A DNA stretch of 64,000 nt, from NCBI GenBank assembly GCA_963771465.1, contig CAVYTU010000013.1, positions 96,001 through 160,000 on the forward strand. Reading direction: 5' to 3'. Below the pieces are notes generated by a model. That model was given only the letters and a program-made list of their open reading frames with translations, made no database searches and had not been told where the DNA came from. Shown here in pieces: positions 10,256 to 20,590 of the stretch (the stretch's first letter is position 1; the number at the start of each line of letters is the position of its first letter). This stretch comes from an uncultured delta proteobacterium (GTDB lineage: Bacteria; Desulfobacterota; Binatia; UBA9968). The position numbers and the translations under genes were made by a program.

Positions 10256-11253
10256 GAGTTGCCATTAACGGATTTGGCCGCATCGGCCGCACGGTATTTC
10301 GTATTCTCGACAAGCGTGGAGACGTCGAGGTGGTCGCGATTAACGATCTCTTTGACAATGAAGCGCTGCGCTACTTACTCCATTACGATACCGTCATGGG
10401 TCCGTTCGACGGCACCCTGCGGCTCGAAGGCGATGATTTGGTCACCCCTAATGGCCGAACGCGGATGGTGTGTGAAAGGGATCCGCTAAAACTGCCGTGG
10501 AAAGATCTAGACATCGATGTGGTAATCGAGTCGACCGGGATTTTCACCGCCAAGGAGCAATTGACCCAGCACCTGCGCGCTGGCGCCAAGCGGGTTGTGC
10601 TCACGGTGCCAGCCAAAGACGCCATCGACTACACGGTCGTCCTCGGCGTCAACGATGACGGGCTCAATCCCGAACATCGGATCATTTCCAACGCCAGCTG
10701 CACCACCAACTGTCTAGCGCCATTGGCGAAGGTCTTGCACAACTCTTTTGGCATCGTCGAGGGCGTCATCAACACGGTGCACGCCTACACCAACGACCAG
10801 CGTCTTGCCGACGTGCCGCACTCGGACTGGCGGCGTAGCCGCGCCGCGGCGGAAAATATCATTCCGACTTCGACCGGCGCCGCCAAAGCGGTCGGCATGG
10901 TATTGCCGCAATTGAAAGGCCGGCTGGACGGCATCGCCGCGCGCGTGCCGGTGCCCGACGGTTCGGTCGTCGACCTATTCGTCGAACTCGAGAAAAGCGT
11001 GACCGCTGACACTGTGCATGCCGAGATCCGCGCGGCCGCCGAATCCAAGCGCATGAAAGGCATTCTGCAATTCGTGGACGCCCCCGTGGTGTCCTCGGAT
11101 ATTATAGGAAACGCCCATTCCTCCATTTTCGACGCGGGATTTACCACGGTTACCGGTGGTAAGTATCTCAAGTGTCTCAGTTGGTACGACAACGAATGGG
11201 GTTACTCTAACCGCGTCTGCGATTTGCTGAGATTAATGGCAGGATGGCAATGA
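10252..11253 (+). CDS. gap: Type I glyceraldehyde-3-phosphate dehydrogenase
   Basis: INGFGRIGR, SNASCTTNCLAP, WYDNEWGYSNR; ATGA overlap with the upstream paralog. Confidence 0.95.
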   Translation: MRVAINGFGRIGRTVFRILDKRGDVEVVAINDLFDNEALRYLLHYDTVMGPFDGTLRLEGDDLVTPNGRTRMVCERDPLKLPWKDLDIDVVIESTGIFTAKEQLTQHLRAGAKRVVLTVPAKDAIDYTVVLGVNDDGLNPEHRIISNASCTTNCLAPLAKVLHNSFGIVEGVINTVHAYTNDQRLADVPHSDWRRSRAAAENIIPTSTGAAKAVGMVLPQLKGRLDGIAARVPVPDGSVVDLFVELEKSVTADTVHAEIRAAAESKRMKGILQFVDAPVVSSDIIGNAHSSIFDAGFTTVTGGKYLKCLSWYDNEWGYSNRVCDLLRLMAGWQ

Positions 11254-11356
11254 CCCGCGATTGTTTGATTTCCATGTGTCGCTCCGGGGTTTTGCGGGTT
11301 AATTGTCATGCTAATCAAGTGTAGGAATCTCTTTCTCGCCTCAACCGTGAAACCTG

Positions 11357-13486
11357 CTACGGTTCGATCAATTCAAAATCGATCTCGCTGCGAAACGCAT
11401 TGATGCGCGCGACTTTTACGCGCACGTTGTCGCCGAGACGAAATTTCTTGCCGTGGCGGCGGCCTTTGATGACGTATTCTTTTTCGTAGTAGTCATAATC
11501 GTCGTCGGTGAGCGTGGCGAGTTTTACCAAGCCTTCGATAAAAAAATCATCGAGCTCGACGAAGAAGCCGAAGTTGGCGAGGCTGTTGATAAAGCCGGGG
11601 AATTCATCGCCGATCTTGTTCATCATGAATTGGGCTTTTTTGAGCGCGACCATCTCGCGCTCGGCATCCATGGCGTGGCGTTCTCGTTCTGAAGTGTGCT
11701 TGCCGGATTCTTGCAACCCGCGAAGGAGGTCTTCGCGCTCGTTGGGCTTGAGTTTTTCGCTGCGCAGTGCTCGGTCGAGCATGCGATGGACGATTAAATC
11801 CGGGTAGCGGCGGATCGGCGAGGTGAAGTGGGTATAGCAGGTCGACGCCAGACCAAAGTGGCCGATGTTTTCCGGCTGATAGACCGCTTGCTTCATCGAG
11901 CGCAGTAGCACGCGGTTGACCACCCGCTCTTCCGCTTGGCCGCGCGCCGACTCCAATAGTTTTTGTATTTCCAGCGGCGCGATGTTGTCTTTCTTTTGCG
12001 GCAGCCGGTAGCCGAGTGAAAGTAGGAACGGCGCCAGGGCTTCCAGCGCGTCTTGGTCCGGCCCTTCGTGAACCCGGTAGATCGTCGGCCATTTTTTTTC
12101 CGTCAGATGGCGCGCGACCGCTTCGTTGGCAGCGATCATGAATTCCTCAATGATTCGATGGGCGATATTGCGTTCGGCCCGGACGATATTTTCCGGCATG
12201 CCTTGGAGATCGAGAATTATTTCCGCTTCCGGCAGATCGAAGTCGAGATTGCCTCTGGCCTTGCGGTTGTTGAAAATCAACAATGCCAGCTCTTCCATCA
12301 GCCTGAATGCAGCGACGAGATTTCGATAGCGCTCCAGACACTCCTCGTCCTTGTCGACCAAGATGCGCCGCACGTTGGTGTAGGTCATGCGCTCGTGGCT
12401 GCGGATAACCGAATTGAAAAAGCGGCTGCCGACGACTTCACCTTTGGCGTTGAATTCGATGGCGGCCGATTTCGTGAGCCGGTCTTCGTTGGGATTCAAA
12501 CTGCAAATGCCATTGGACAGCGCCTCGGGCAGCATGGGGATCGCGCGGTCGGGGAAATAAACGCTGGTGGCGCGCGCGTAGGCTTCCTGATCGAGGGCGG
12601 TTTCGGGGCGGACGTAGTAGGCGACGTCGGCGATGGAAACAATCAGTTCATAGCCGCGCTCGGTTCTGCGCACGTACACCGCGTCGTCGAAGTCCCGCGC
12701 GTTCTCGCCGTCGATGGTGACGATGGGTAAATCGCGCAAATCTTCGCGTGCGGCGATTTCCGCGGCGCTGATTTCATAGGACGCCTGCGCCACCTCGCAA
12801 TGGACTTCGGCGGGAAAGCTGGTGGAAAGACCAAAACGAAATAGGATCGACTGTGCTTGCACGGCCGGGTCGTCGGGATCGCCCATGACATTGACCACCG
12901 TCGCCTGCGGCGGTGACATGGCGGTGCCGAAACGGTTGATCTCGGCGGCGATCACTTTGCCTTTTTCAAGTTTATCCGCGCCGCGCTGCAGCGGAATAGC
13001 CGCGATCCGCGCGTCCATCGGCACGAGATAGGCGTTGCCGTCGATTTCATCATAGGTTCCAAGCAGATGTTTTTGCGCGTGCTCGATGACTTGCAGCACA
13101 TGCGCTTCGCTGCCGCCGCGTTGTTTGCGGTCGATTCGCACCATCACTTGGTCGCCGTGCATGACGCGGCGCATTTCGCGGCGGTTCAAATAGACATCTT
13201 CAGTGTCTTTGTCTTCCGGAATTAGAAATCCAAAGCCGTCTGGATGTGCTTGGACCCGGCCGCGGATGAGATTTTGCCGGTCGGGCAGGGCATAATGATT
13301 TTTTTTCAACCGGACCAGCTGGCCGTCGCGGCAAAGTGCGCGCAGCGCGTCGATGACGGTTTGAAGCGCATCGCGGCCAAATCCGGCGCGGCGCTGAATT
13401 TCCGGCGGCGTCAATCGTTCGCGTGGTTTCTTGGCGAAGATCTCAAGAATTTTCCGCTGGGCATCGTTCAAAGTTTGTCGACTCAT
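11357..13486 (-). CDS. rnr: Ribonuclease R
   Basis: HPDGFGF CSD, TIDGENARDFDDA, HFTSPIRRYPDL, C-terminal S1 domain. Confidence 0.95.
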   Translation of the reverse strand: MSRQTLNDAQRKILEIFAKKPRERLTPPEIQRRAGFGRDALQTVIDALRALCRDGQLVRLKKNHYALPDRQNLIRGRVQAHPDGFGFLIPEDKDTEDVYLNRREMRRVMHGDQVMVRIDRKQRGGSEAHVLQVIEHAQKHLLGTYDEIDGNAYLVPMDARIAAIPLQRGADKLEKGKVIAAEINRFGTAMSPPQATVVNVMGDPDDPAVQAQSILFRFGLSTSFPAEVHCEVAQASYEISAAEIAAREDLRDLPIVTIDGENARDFDDAVYVRRTERGYELIVSIADVAYYVRPETALDQEAYARATSVYFPDRAIPMLPEALSNGICSLNPNEDRLTKSAAIEFNAKGEVVGSRFFNSVIRSHERMTYTNVRRILVDKDEECLERYRNLVAAFRLMEELALLIFNNRKARGNLDFDLPEAEIILDLQGMPENIVRAERNIAHRIIEEFMIAANEAVARHLTEKKWPTIYRVHEGPDQDALEALAPFLLSLGYRLPQKKDNIAPLEIQKLLESARGQAEERVVNRVLLRSMKQAVYQPENIGHFGLASTCYTHFTSPIRRYPDLIVHRMLDRALRSEKLKPNEREDLLRGLQESGKHTSERERHAMDAEREMVALKKAQFMMNKIGDEFPGFINSLANFGFFVELDDFFIEGLVKLATLTDDDYDYYEKEYVIKGRRHGKKFRLGDNVRVKVARINAFRSEIDFELIEP

Positions 13487-13620
13487 AGGCGTGACGTAAG
13501 CTTCTACCGGAATCGCCAAGTTTTCAATCGAGGGACACTGCGTTGTTCGGCGCAAGAGTTCTCGGCTGCCCCTCGAAATGGCAACGATCGGAAGACGCTA
13601 GCCTGGACCATTCGCGGGAA

Positions 13621-13803
13621 ATTGCGATCGAGGTGCAACCCTTCCGGAACGAAGGTAAATCAGTTGTGCCTTGAAGATTCAATCGGGAAGAGTTGCTTAT
13701 GAGCGCAGTAACGAGAAGGTCAACCATCGTGCCAAGGGGCGAATGCAAGACAAAATATCGGCGCAGGTGCCTTCGTTTCTCCAGGGTCGCACCCCGATCG
13801 AAT
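13621..13803 (-). ncRNA. ssrS: 6S RNA-like (copy 1)
   Basis: 17-bp closing stem (with G-U pairs), second stem AACGAAGG/CCTTCGTT, central bubble. CCTGCGCCGATATTT resembles E. coli 6S CCTGAGCCGATATTT; TTGAA..TTCAAGG on the 3' side. Paralog at 48346. Confidence 0.75.
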
Positions 13804-13842
13804 CAGTATCATTCGTTGCCTTCATAGTCGGAATAATCCGGC

Positions 13843-14127
13843 CTAGGTTTGCGCTCGCGACGATTCTTTGGCCAACTCGGCCATGAACCAATCGTCGGTC
13901 ATGTCGGCGGGCCGGGGAATTTCGGCGAATGGAATGTCTCGCTTGAGCGATTCGAGAATCCCACGCGCGGCGTCGAGAAAGTCGCGCATGGCGAGCAAAA
14001 CGATAATGGCTTTCTTGCGTTCGACGGTGCGAATGATGCCGACCTCTTCATAGGACTCGAAGATGAATTTGATGTAAGCGATGTGCTCCGGTGGAATTTC
14101 TAAGTAGATGTCCTGCAGGTCCATCAT
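13843..14127 (-). CDS. DUF4911-like small protein
   Basis: IAYIKFIFESYEEVGIIRTVE pattern. Confidence 0.7.
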   Translation of the reverse strand: MMDLQDIYLEIPPEHIAYIKFIFESYEEVGIIRTVERKKAIIVLLAMRDFLDAARGILESLKRDIPFAEIPRPADMTDDWFMAELAKESSRAQT

Positions 14128-14136
14128 GGTGATTCT

Positions 14137-16791
14137 TTATCGATTGAGAAAACGATCGAGGGCGTCGGGGAGCCACGCTTTGCCGTCGCGAGGTTCTGGG
14201 TCGGAGCGGGTTTCCGATTCACCGCGGTCGCCGCGCAAAGCTTGGGCGAGAGCGCGGTTGTCGAGTCTGATTCTCACGTCGGGAATCGTGCCGTCGGCGC
14301 GAAAGGTGATTGCCATGCGGCCGCGCCGGTCGAGCAGGTAGCGGAGCAGACGATAATCGCGTTGTACTTCTTGGGTGACCTTTGGCGAGAGCGAGATCAA
14401 ACCGTTCCATTTCGTCGTGCGGTCGAATCCGATCCAGCCGGCCCCGGTGACTGTGTATTCGGGAGTGACGATGACAAGATTCTCGCTCCGAATACGCGCA
14501 GGCTCGATGGTGAAATCGGCCTTCAAGGAGTCGAATGAGGTGTCGGGTTGGCTTACCAATCTTGCAAAACCAGGCGGCAGCCGGGCGGTCGTTTCGGTGG
14601 AAACGGTCGTGCCACTGCCGCGCAGCAACAGTTGGCTGACTAGATTGAAATCCTTAATCGCTCCCGCTCGGACCTCGGCTGCGCCGGAGCCGATAATCGC
14701 CCTGCCGATATTGCCGCCGGCTTTCGCTTCAACGGCGAGGCGGGCGTGACCGCTGAGTTGTCCGATGAATTTGTTGGGGAGTAGCGACAAACGCTGCGCC
14801 GCGAGGGAACGCAGATCGAGGTCATCACTTTGTGCCGTCACTTCAACCCGTCCGGGGTTAGTACCACCGCTTAGATAACCGTCAGCGCGAACGATACCGC
14901 CGAAGACTCGCAGCGATAAATTATTGAAGTCTAAGCCAGCTGCCGAATAAACGACATCCGCGCGCAAGTCGCGAAAGTCGAAATCTTGCAGCTTGCCGTC
15001 GCTCGCCGTGAGCTTACCCTTGAGCACGAACAGGTTTTTTTCATAGCGAATCTCACCCTTGGCGCCGGCGTTGTCGAGACGAACTTTTGGCGCCCTGTCG
15101 AGCGTCGGTAGGTCGGCGAGATTGAGCTGAACGGACTGAAGCCGGTAGGAGACGTTAGGTTCGAGCAGATTGGCCGCGACGCCGTCGAAAGCAAACTTCG
15201 AAGCGCCGAGACGAAAGTTTACGTTTTCAAACCTCGCTTGTCGGCCGGCAAAGACAATCGTACCGTTAACGGTGTCGATCTTGTGGCCGTTCTGGCGATG
15301 ATTGAACGTACCGTCGGTGAGCTTGAGTTGGCCGCGAATGCTCCAATCGTCCGCGCCCGGCAGGGATCGCCGGTCGATGGTAATATTCACATCAATCGCA
15401 CCGCCGACGCCGGCGTAAGCGGCAGGTGTGAAAATCCTACTCCAACCCGCTACGGTGCCTTGAGGGCTGGCGAGATTGAGTTGGAGCCGGGCTTCCTCGC
15501 CGACCGTGGCGCTGCCGCTGAAAACGATCTGGGTCGGCCCGCTGACCATCATCGACTCATGAAATAAATATTTTTGCTTCTGCCGTGAAATCTGCGCGCG
15601 GATATCCAAGGGCCGATCGAGAGGCTTGCGCAGCCAGTCATTGAAGCTAAGCTCGCTTTTGTCGGCGCGAACCAGCGCGCCCATGCGTAGAGTGCTCCAT
15701 GTGCCTTCGAAACGGCTGTAAGCGCTGATGGCGCCGTCAAGGGCGATGTTCGGCGACAGGTTTTCACGAAATATGCCGAGATTACGCAAGCGAGCGATGG
15801 GCAGTGATTCCAACGTCAGCTTGCCTTGCACGTAAGCGTCTTCCCAATTGCGCCGCTCGGTAAACTCGATCTTGCCAGTGACCACGGCGTTGTAATCGGA
15901 CGACCCGAACAGCGGCGCCTTAAGCGTCAGATCGTCGATGCGTGGGCGCGCCAAGGTGCCGGACAGTCTGGCTTGCAGCGACATGGGCCCGGTGACGTCG
16001 AGTTCACGAGGAATTTTATCGCGCAGATCGGCGATGGCGCGAGCAACGAGCGGCACATGAAGTGAGTCGAACCGCATCGACACGTCGAGGCCGCGTTGCT
16101 GCCAAGAACCGTTTGGCGGCCCGGGACTCAGCTCGCCGTCGATCCGCATGTCTTGTCCCGCTCCTTCGGTTAACGCCGCGGTCAAGCGGATTCGCATTTT
16201 GGCCGTCGGATCGAAGCCGCTGACCTTCAATGAGATATTTTTTAAGCGCAGCTCGGCGGGCACTTTGATGGAGCGGTCGAGATACTCGATCCGGCCGTCC
16301 TGAATGCGAAATTCACTGACGGCGATACGAACCGAACCACGTCCGTGCCTGCTCGCGCTAGAAGATGACTTAGTAGACTTTGTCGATTCTTGCAGTTTAC
16401 TGATTAGCTCGGTGAGGTTGAGCAAGCCGATCTCGTCGCTGATGATTTGCAGTTCAGGCTCCTTGAACGTCAGCGAATCGATGACGACGCGGCCAAACAC
16501 GAGTTCCCACAAACTCACGCCGAGGATCAATTCCTTGGCGCGCACGGCCGGAGTCGCGGCGAAACGGGCATCGTCGGCGATGCGAAATTCCTTGGCGGAA
16601 AACCCCAGGGTGCCGAGCAGATTGACTTCGAGGCTGGCAAAGCTGATCTCATTGCCGAGAAATTTTTGCAATTCCTGCTGCACCAGCTCGCGATTGCGGC
16701 CGGCTATCAGGTTGAAAGAGTACGCCAGACTCGCGGCCACGACGGCGCTGACGGCGAGCATGACTAACAGAATGTTGCGCGGGCTTTTCAT
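14137..16791 (-). CDS. AsmA family membrane-anchored protein
   Basis: N-terminal TM helix, 884 aa beta-rich, AsmA-like C-terminus (FDSLKADFTI...GAGWIGFD). Confidence 0.75.
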   Translation of the reverse strand: MKSPRNILLVMLAVSAVVAASLAYSFNLIAGRNRELVQQELQKFLGNEISFASLEVNLLGTLGFSAKEFRIADDARFAATPAVRAKELILGVSLWELVFGRVVIDSLTFKEPELQIISDEIGLLNLTELISKLQESTKSTKSSSSASRHGRGSVRIAVSEFRIQDGRIEYLDRSIKVPAELRLKNISLKVSGFDPTAKMRIRLTAALTEGAGQDMRIDGELSPGPPNGSWQQRGLDVSMRFDSLHVPLVARAIADLRDKIPRELDVTGPMSLQARLSGTLARPRIDDLTLKAPLFGSSDYNAVVTGKIEFTERRNWEDAYVQGKLTLESLPIARLRNLGIFRENLSPNIALDGAISAYSRFEGTWSTLRMGALVRADKSELSFNDWLRKPLDRPLDIRAQISRQKQKYLFHESMMVSGPTQIVFSGSATVGEEARLQLNLASPQGTVAGWSRIFTPAAYAGVGGAIDVNITIDRRSLPGADDWSIRGQLKLTDGTFNHRQNGHKIDTVNGTIVFAGRQARFENVNFRLGASKFAFDGVAANLLEPNVSYRLQSVQLNLADLPTLDRAPKVRLDNAGAKGEIRYEKNLFVLKGKLTASDGKLQDFDFRDLRADVVYSAAGLDFNNLSLRVFGGIVRADGYLSGGTNPGRVEVTAQSDDLDLRSLAAQRLSLLPNKFIGQLSGHARLAVEAKAGGNIGRAIIGSGAAEVRAGAIKDFNLVSQLLLRGSGTTVSTETTARLPPGFARLVSQPDTSFDSLKADFTIEPARIRSENLVIVTPEYTVTGAGWIGFDRTTKWNGLISLSPKVTQEVQRDYRLLRYLLDRRGRMAITFRADGTIPDVRIRLDNRALAQALRGDRGESETRSDPEPRDGKAWLPDALDRFLNR

Positions 16792-16944
16792 CGCACCTGC
16801 GAGGGCGCGCCAAAAGTGATTCTAGAAACTCTGCCGATGATGATTGGCTGGAAAATGCGAATGGCGGCCAAGGTCAATTGATATCATGCCGTCGCAACTG
16901 TTGCAGCGAACGCCGGATAATTTATTTCGCCGTGATGCCGCGCT

Positions 16945-18144
16945 TTAGTTCACGCGCTCGACGACGGTGGCGATGCCTTGGCCGACGCCGATGCACATGG
17001 TCGCTAGGCCGTAACGGCTGCCGCGTTTTTTCATTTCATGAATGAGCGTCGTCACGATGCGCGCGCCGCTGCAGCCGAGCGGATGGCCAAGCGCGATGGC
17101 GCCGCCGTTGACGTTGAGCTTATTCAAGTCGATGCCCAGCTCCCGGGCGCAGGCGAGCACCTGGGACGCGAACGCTTCGTTCAACTCCACCAAATCAATT
17201 TGGTCGATGGTCAGGCCGGCGCGCTTCATGGCCTTCTGCGCCGCCGGGATCGGCCCGATGCCCATGTAGTTGGGATGGACGCCGGCGGCGGCCGAGGCGA
17301 CGATGCGCGCCAACGGCTTGAGCTTGAGCTGCTCGGCTTTCTCAGGCGTCGTGATCAGCAGCGCCGCGGCGCCGTCGGAGAGTGGCGAGGAATTGCCCGC
17401 GGTGACGCTGCCGCCCTTTTTGAAGCTCGCTTGCAAGCCGGCCAGAATCTCCAAGGTGGTATCGGCGCGCGGTCCTTCGTCTTTGTCGTGGACGACGGTC
17501 TTGCCGCGCTGGACTGTTTCAAAGGGCATGATTTCGTCTTTGAGCCGGCCGTCTTGCTGCGCCTTGAGCGCTTTCTGGTGGCTGGAGAGCGCCAGCTTGT
17601 CTTGGTCTTCGCGGTTGATCTGATATTTTTCCGCGACGTTCTCGGCGGTCTCACCGTTGTTGATGAGGGAGTAAAGCTCGCCCATGCGCTTGTTGGGAAA
17701 GCGCCAGCCCAGGGAGCTGTCGTACATTTGCACATCGCCGCGCTGAAAGGCATTGGCCGGCTTCGCCATCACCCAGGGGCCGCGCGTCATGCTCTCGACT
17801 CCGCCGGCAACGAACAGGTCGCCATGATCGGTCTCGACGGCGCGTCCCGCTTGATTGATCGCTTCGAGGCCGGAGCCGCATAGCCGGTTTATCGTGGCGC
17901 CGGGTATCGTGTAGGGAAGTCCCGCTAGCAGCGAGGCGTTGCGCGCGACGTTGCGCGAGTCTTCGCCGGCTTGATTGGTGCAGCCGAAATAGACGTCTTC
18001 GATCTCGTCTTTATTGATGCCGGTCTTGGCGACCAATTTCGCGATGATATAAGCCGCGAGGTCGTCGGTGCGAACGTCTTTGAAGATGCCACTATGCCGG
18101 CCCATGGGCGTGCGCACGGCTTCGACGATGACTGCTTCTCTCAT
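16945..18144 (-). CDS. paaJ: Thiolase (PaaJ/PcaF-like 3-oxoacyl-CoA thiolase)
   Basis: NRLCGSG, NEAF, GHPLGCSG, MCIGVGQG; lies in a paa-like operon. Confidence 0.85.
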   Translation of the reverse strand: MREAVIVEAVRTPMGRHSGIFKDVRTDDLAAYIIAKLVAKTGINKDEIEDVYFGCTNQAGEDSRNVARNASLLAGLPYTIPGATINRLCGSGLEAINQAGRAVETDHGDLFVAGGVESMTRGPWVMAKPANAFQRGDVQMYDSSLGWRFPNKRMGELYSLINNGETAENVAEKYQINREDQDKLALSSHQKALKAQQDGRLKDEIMPFETVQRGKTVVHDKDEGPRADTTLEILAGLQASFKKGGSVTAGNSSPLSDGAAALLITTPEKAEQLKLKPLARIVASAAAGVHPNYMGIGPIPAAQKAMKRAGLTIDQIDLVELNEAFASQVLACARELGIDLNKLNVNGGAIALGHPLGCSGARIVTTLIHEMKKRGSRYGLATMCIGVGQGIATVVERVN

Positions 18145-18887
18145 GATTTCACCTGACCTTCTTGATAACGGTAAAATCCTCGGCCGCTACTCTCGCCGAG
18201 GAATCCGGCGATAACCAATTTTTTCAACAGCGGCGCCGGGCGATAGCGGTCATCGCCGGTCTCGCGCTGCAAGCCTTCGAGCACGGCGAGCACCTCGTCC
18301 ACGCCGATTTGATCGGCCCACTTGAGCGGCCCTTGGGGATAATTGACGCCCAAGCGCATGGCCACGTCGATCTCATCCGCGCTGGCGACGCCCTCTTCGA
18401 GACTGCGCGCGGCTTCGTTGATGATCAAACTCAAAATGCGCGGAAAAGTCAGGCCCGGCGCGTCTTTGACCCGAACGGTGTCTTTGCCGAGGGATTTGAA
18501 TAGCTGCTCTGCCTGCACCAGAGACGGCTCGCTGGTTCTAAGGCCGCCGGCCAATTCGATCAATTTTCGATCCTTGAGCGGATAAAATGTCGCGAAGCCG
18601 GCAAGCCGTTCCGGTTTTTTGATCCACGCAGACATCTGCGTCACGGTGAAGCGCAGGCAAGTGCTGACGATGACGGACGCCGGCGGCAACGAAGCGTCGA
18701 GACGTTGCAACACGGCGCGCTTTTTATCTTCGGCGCCGCTTTCCGTATCGATGACAAAGTTGGTCGTCGCCGACACCGCCGTGGCATCGTTGAGTTGTGA
18801 TGTCTCCAAGCCTTGCGCTTGTCCTAAGGCGCGCAGCTCTTCGGCGAGGCGGTTTTTGCCGATAATCGCAACGCTACTTTTTGTCAT
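18141..18887 (-). CDS. 3-hydroxyacyl-CoA dehydrogenase-like protein, degenerate second half of long PaaH
   Basis: 3HCDH C-terminal domain ([22 protein letters not shown]); N-terminal GxGxxG and catalytic HFFNP are degenerate. Confidence 0.75.
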   Translation of the reverse strand: MTKSSVAIIGKNRLAEELRALGQAQGLETSQLNDATAVSATTNFVIDTESGAEDKKRAVLQRLDASLPPASVIVSTCLRFTVTQMSAWIKKPERLAGFATFYPLKDRKLIELAGGLRTSEPSLVQAEQLFKSLGKDTVRVKDAPGLTFPRILSLIINEAARSLEEGVASADEIDVAMRLGVNYPQGPLKWADQIGVDEVLAVLEGLQRETGDDRYRPAPLLKKLVIAGFLGESSGRGFYRYQEGQVKS

Positions 18888-19740
18888 AGCTGTAAAAACC
18901 CCGTCCGGTTTTACGCCCAAGATTGCCGCCGGCGACCATGCGTTGTTGGATCGGGCTCGGACGAAATCGGGGATCTTCAAAAAAAGAGCGGTAGAGCGAC
19001 TCGGTGGCGGCGAAGTTGATGTCGTTGCCGATCAAGTCCATGAGCTCAAACGGCCCCATGCGGAAGTTACCGGCCTCCTTCATGATGCGGTCGATGGTTT
19101 CCACCGAAGCATCGCCGTCGCCGAGGACGCGCAAGCCTTCGTTGTAAAACGGCCGGGCAACGCGATTGACGATGAACCCCGGCGTATCTTTGGCGCGCGC
19201 CGGCGTTTTGCCCATCGCCTTCATCAGCGCCGTGGCTTTCTCCATCGTCGCCGCGCTGGTGCGGTCGCCTTGAATCACTTCGACCAAGGCCATGAGCGGC
19301 GGCGGATTGAAAAAATGCAGTCCCAGCACGCGTTCTTGATGAACGGCGCTGGCGGCGATGGCGGTGACGTTGAATGACGAGGTATTGGTTGCGAGCAGTG
19401 TTTCTGGTGCGCAAATGGCGTCGAGTTGCTTGAAAATATCGCGCTTGAGCTCAAGCTTTTCCGGCGCGGCTTCGATGACCAATGCGCTGCCGTGGGTGTC
19501 TTCGAGACGGATGCTGGCGCGCAAACGGCCGAGAATCTCTTGCTCTTGCTCGGCGCTTAGCTTGCCGCGCAGACGGCTGCCTTCGAGAAAACTTTTCACC
19601 CGTCCCAAACCGGTGTCAATAAACTCCTGCTTGACGTCATAGATAAGCGTTTCGAAGCCCGCCTGCGCCGCCACCTGAGCGATCCCCGCGCCCATGGTGC
19701 CGGCGCCGAGGACGGCGATTTTTTCTGCTTTGTTGGCCAT
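18874..19740 (-). CDS. paaH: 3-hydroxyacyl-CoA dehydrogenase
   Basis: [35 protein letters not shown]. Confidence 0.85.
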   Translation of the reverse strand: MANKAEKIAVLGAGTMGAGIAQVAAQAGFETLIYDVKQEFIDTGLGRVKSFLEGSRLRGKLSAEQEQEILGRLRASIRLEDTHGSALVIEAAPEKLELKRDIFKQLDAICAPETLLATNTSSFNVTAIAASAVHQERVLGLHFFNPPPLMALVEVIQGDRTSAATMEKATALMKAMGKTPARAKDTPGFIVNRVARPFYNEGLRVLGDGDASVETIDRIMKEAGNFRMGPFELMDLIGNDINFAATESLYRSFFEDPRFRPSPIQQRMVAGGNLGRKTGRGFYSYDKK

Positions 19741-19799
19741 GGTTTTTTGCTGTTTCGAGTTTCGCGTTCTAACTCGGAACTAGCAACCCAAAACAAATT

Positions 19800-20579
19800 T
19801 TATTTCCCGGTAAATACCGGCGCGCGTTTTTCCAGAAACGCTTTCACGCCTTCGTCGTAGTCGGCGCTCCGGCCGGCGATCTCTTGCAAGTGCGCTTCGT
19901 ATTCCAAGTCCGATTCGACATTGGGCAAATTCGCATGATTGACGGCGCGCTTGATCAAGCCGATGCCGCGCGGCGCGCGGGCGACTTGTTCGGCGATGGC
20001 GCGCGCCGACGCGGCGAATTCCGCCGCCGGGAAAACCCGCGCCACTAAACCGATGCGCTGCGCTTCGTTGGCATCGACGGTATCGCCGAGCAGCAAGAGC
20101 TCCATCGCTTTGCTCAGGCCGACGAGCCGGGGGAGAATAAAGCTGCCGCCGGAATCCGGCGCTAGGCCGACGCGTACGAAGGACTGAATGAATTTGGCTT
20201 CATCCGACGCTAGGCGCAAATCGCAAGCGAGGGCAAAGTTGCAGCCGGCGCCGGCGGCAACGCCATTGACCGCGGCGATGACGATTTTCTCCATGGCGCG
20301 AATCTGCCGGATCATCGGATTGTACTTTTCCCGTAGCGAGGCGCCCAACGAGCCTTTCTGCTCCGGCGTGCGGCCTTTCAAATCCTGCCCGGCGCAAAAC
20401 GCCCGGCCGGCGCCGGTGATCATAACGCAGCGTACTTCTTGGTCGCGTTCGCCGTCGCGCAAGGCTTCGAGCACTTCCTTGTTCATCTGCGGGATAAAGG
20501 CATTTAGCGACTGCGGCCGGTTGAGCGTGATTGCAGCCACGCCCTTTCGTTTTTCGTAGATTATGGTTTCGTAGGCCAC
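19800..20579 (-). CDS. paaG: Enoyl-CoA hydratase/isomerase (PaaG-like)
   Basis: FCAGQDL, VNGVAAGAG, GLAPDSGG. Confidence 0.8.
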   Translation of the reverse strand: MAYETIIYEKRKGVAAITLNRPQSLNAFIPQMNKEVLEALRDGERDQEVRCVMITGAGRAFCAGQDLKGRTPEQKGSLGASLREKYNPMIRQIRAMEKIVIAAVNGVAAGAGCNFALACDLRLASDEAKFIQSFVRVGLAPDSGGSFILPRLVGLSKAMELLLLGDTVDANEAQRIGLVARVFPAAEFAASARAIAEQVARAPRGIGLIKRAVNHANLPNVESDLEYEAHLQEIAGRSADYDEGVKAFLEKRAPVFTGK

Positions 20580-20590
20580 GGTTTGTCTCG

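Noticed and set aside
13718-13733. TGGCAC-N5-TTGAC inside 6S-like copy 1 as a sigma54 promoter or mimic
   Set aside because: Lacks the -12 GC and is not conserved in copy 2
13524-13891. Short ORFs 13524-13748 and 48134-48468 with mutual similarity
   Set aside because: Similarity is at nucleotide and structure level and the reading frames are not consistently preserved; better explained by the ncRNA
18874-18887. Programmed -1 frameshift at C-AAA-AAG joining the PaaH halves
   Set aside because: The downstream ORF is in the +1 frame, so a -1 slip would not join them
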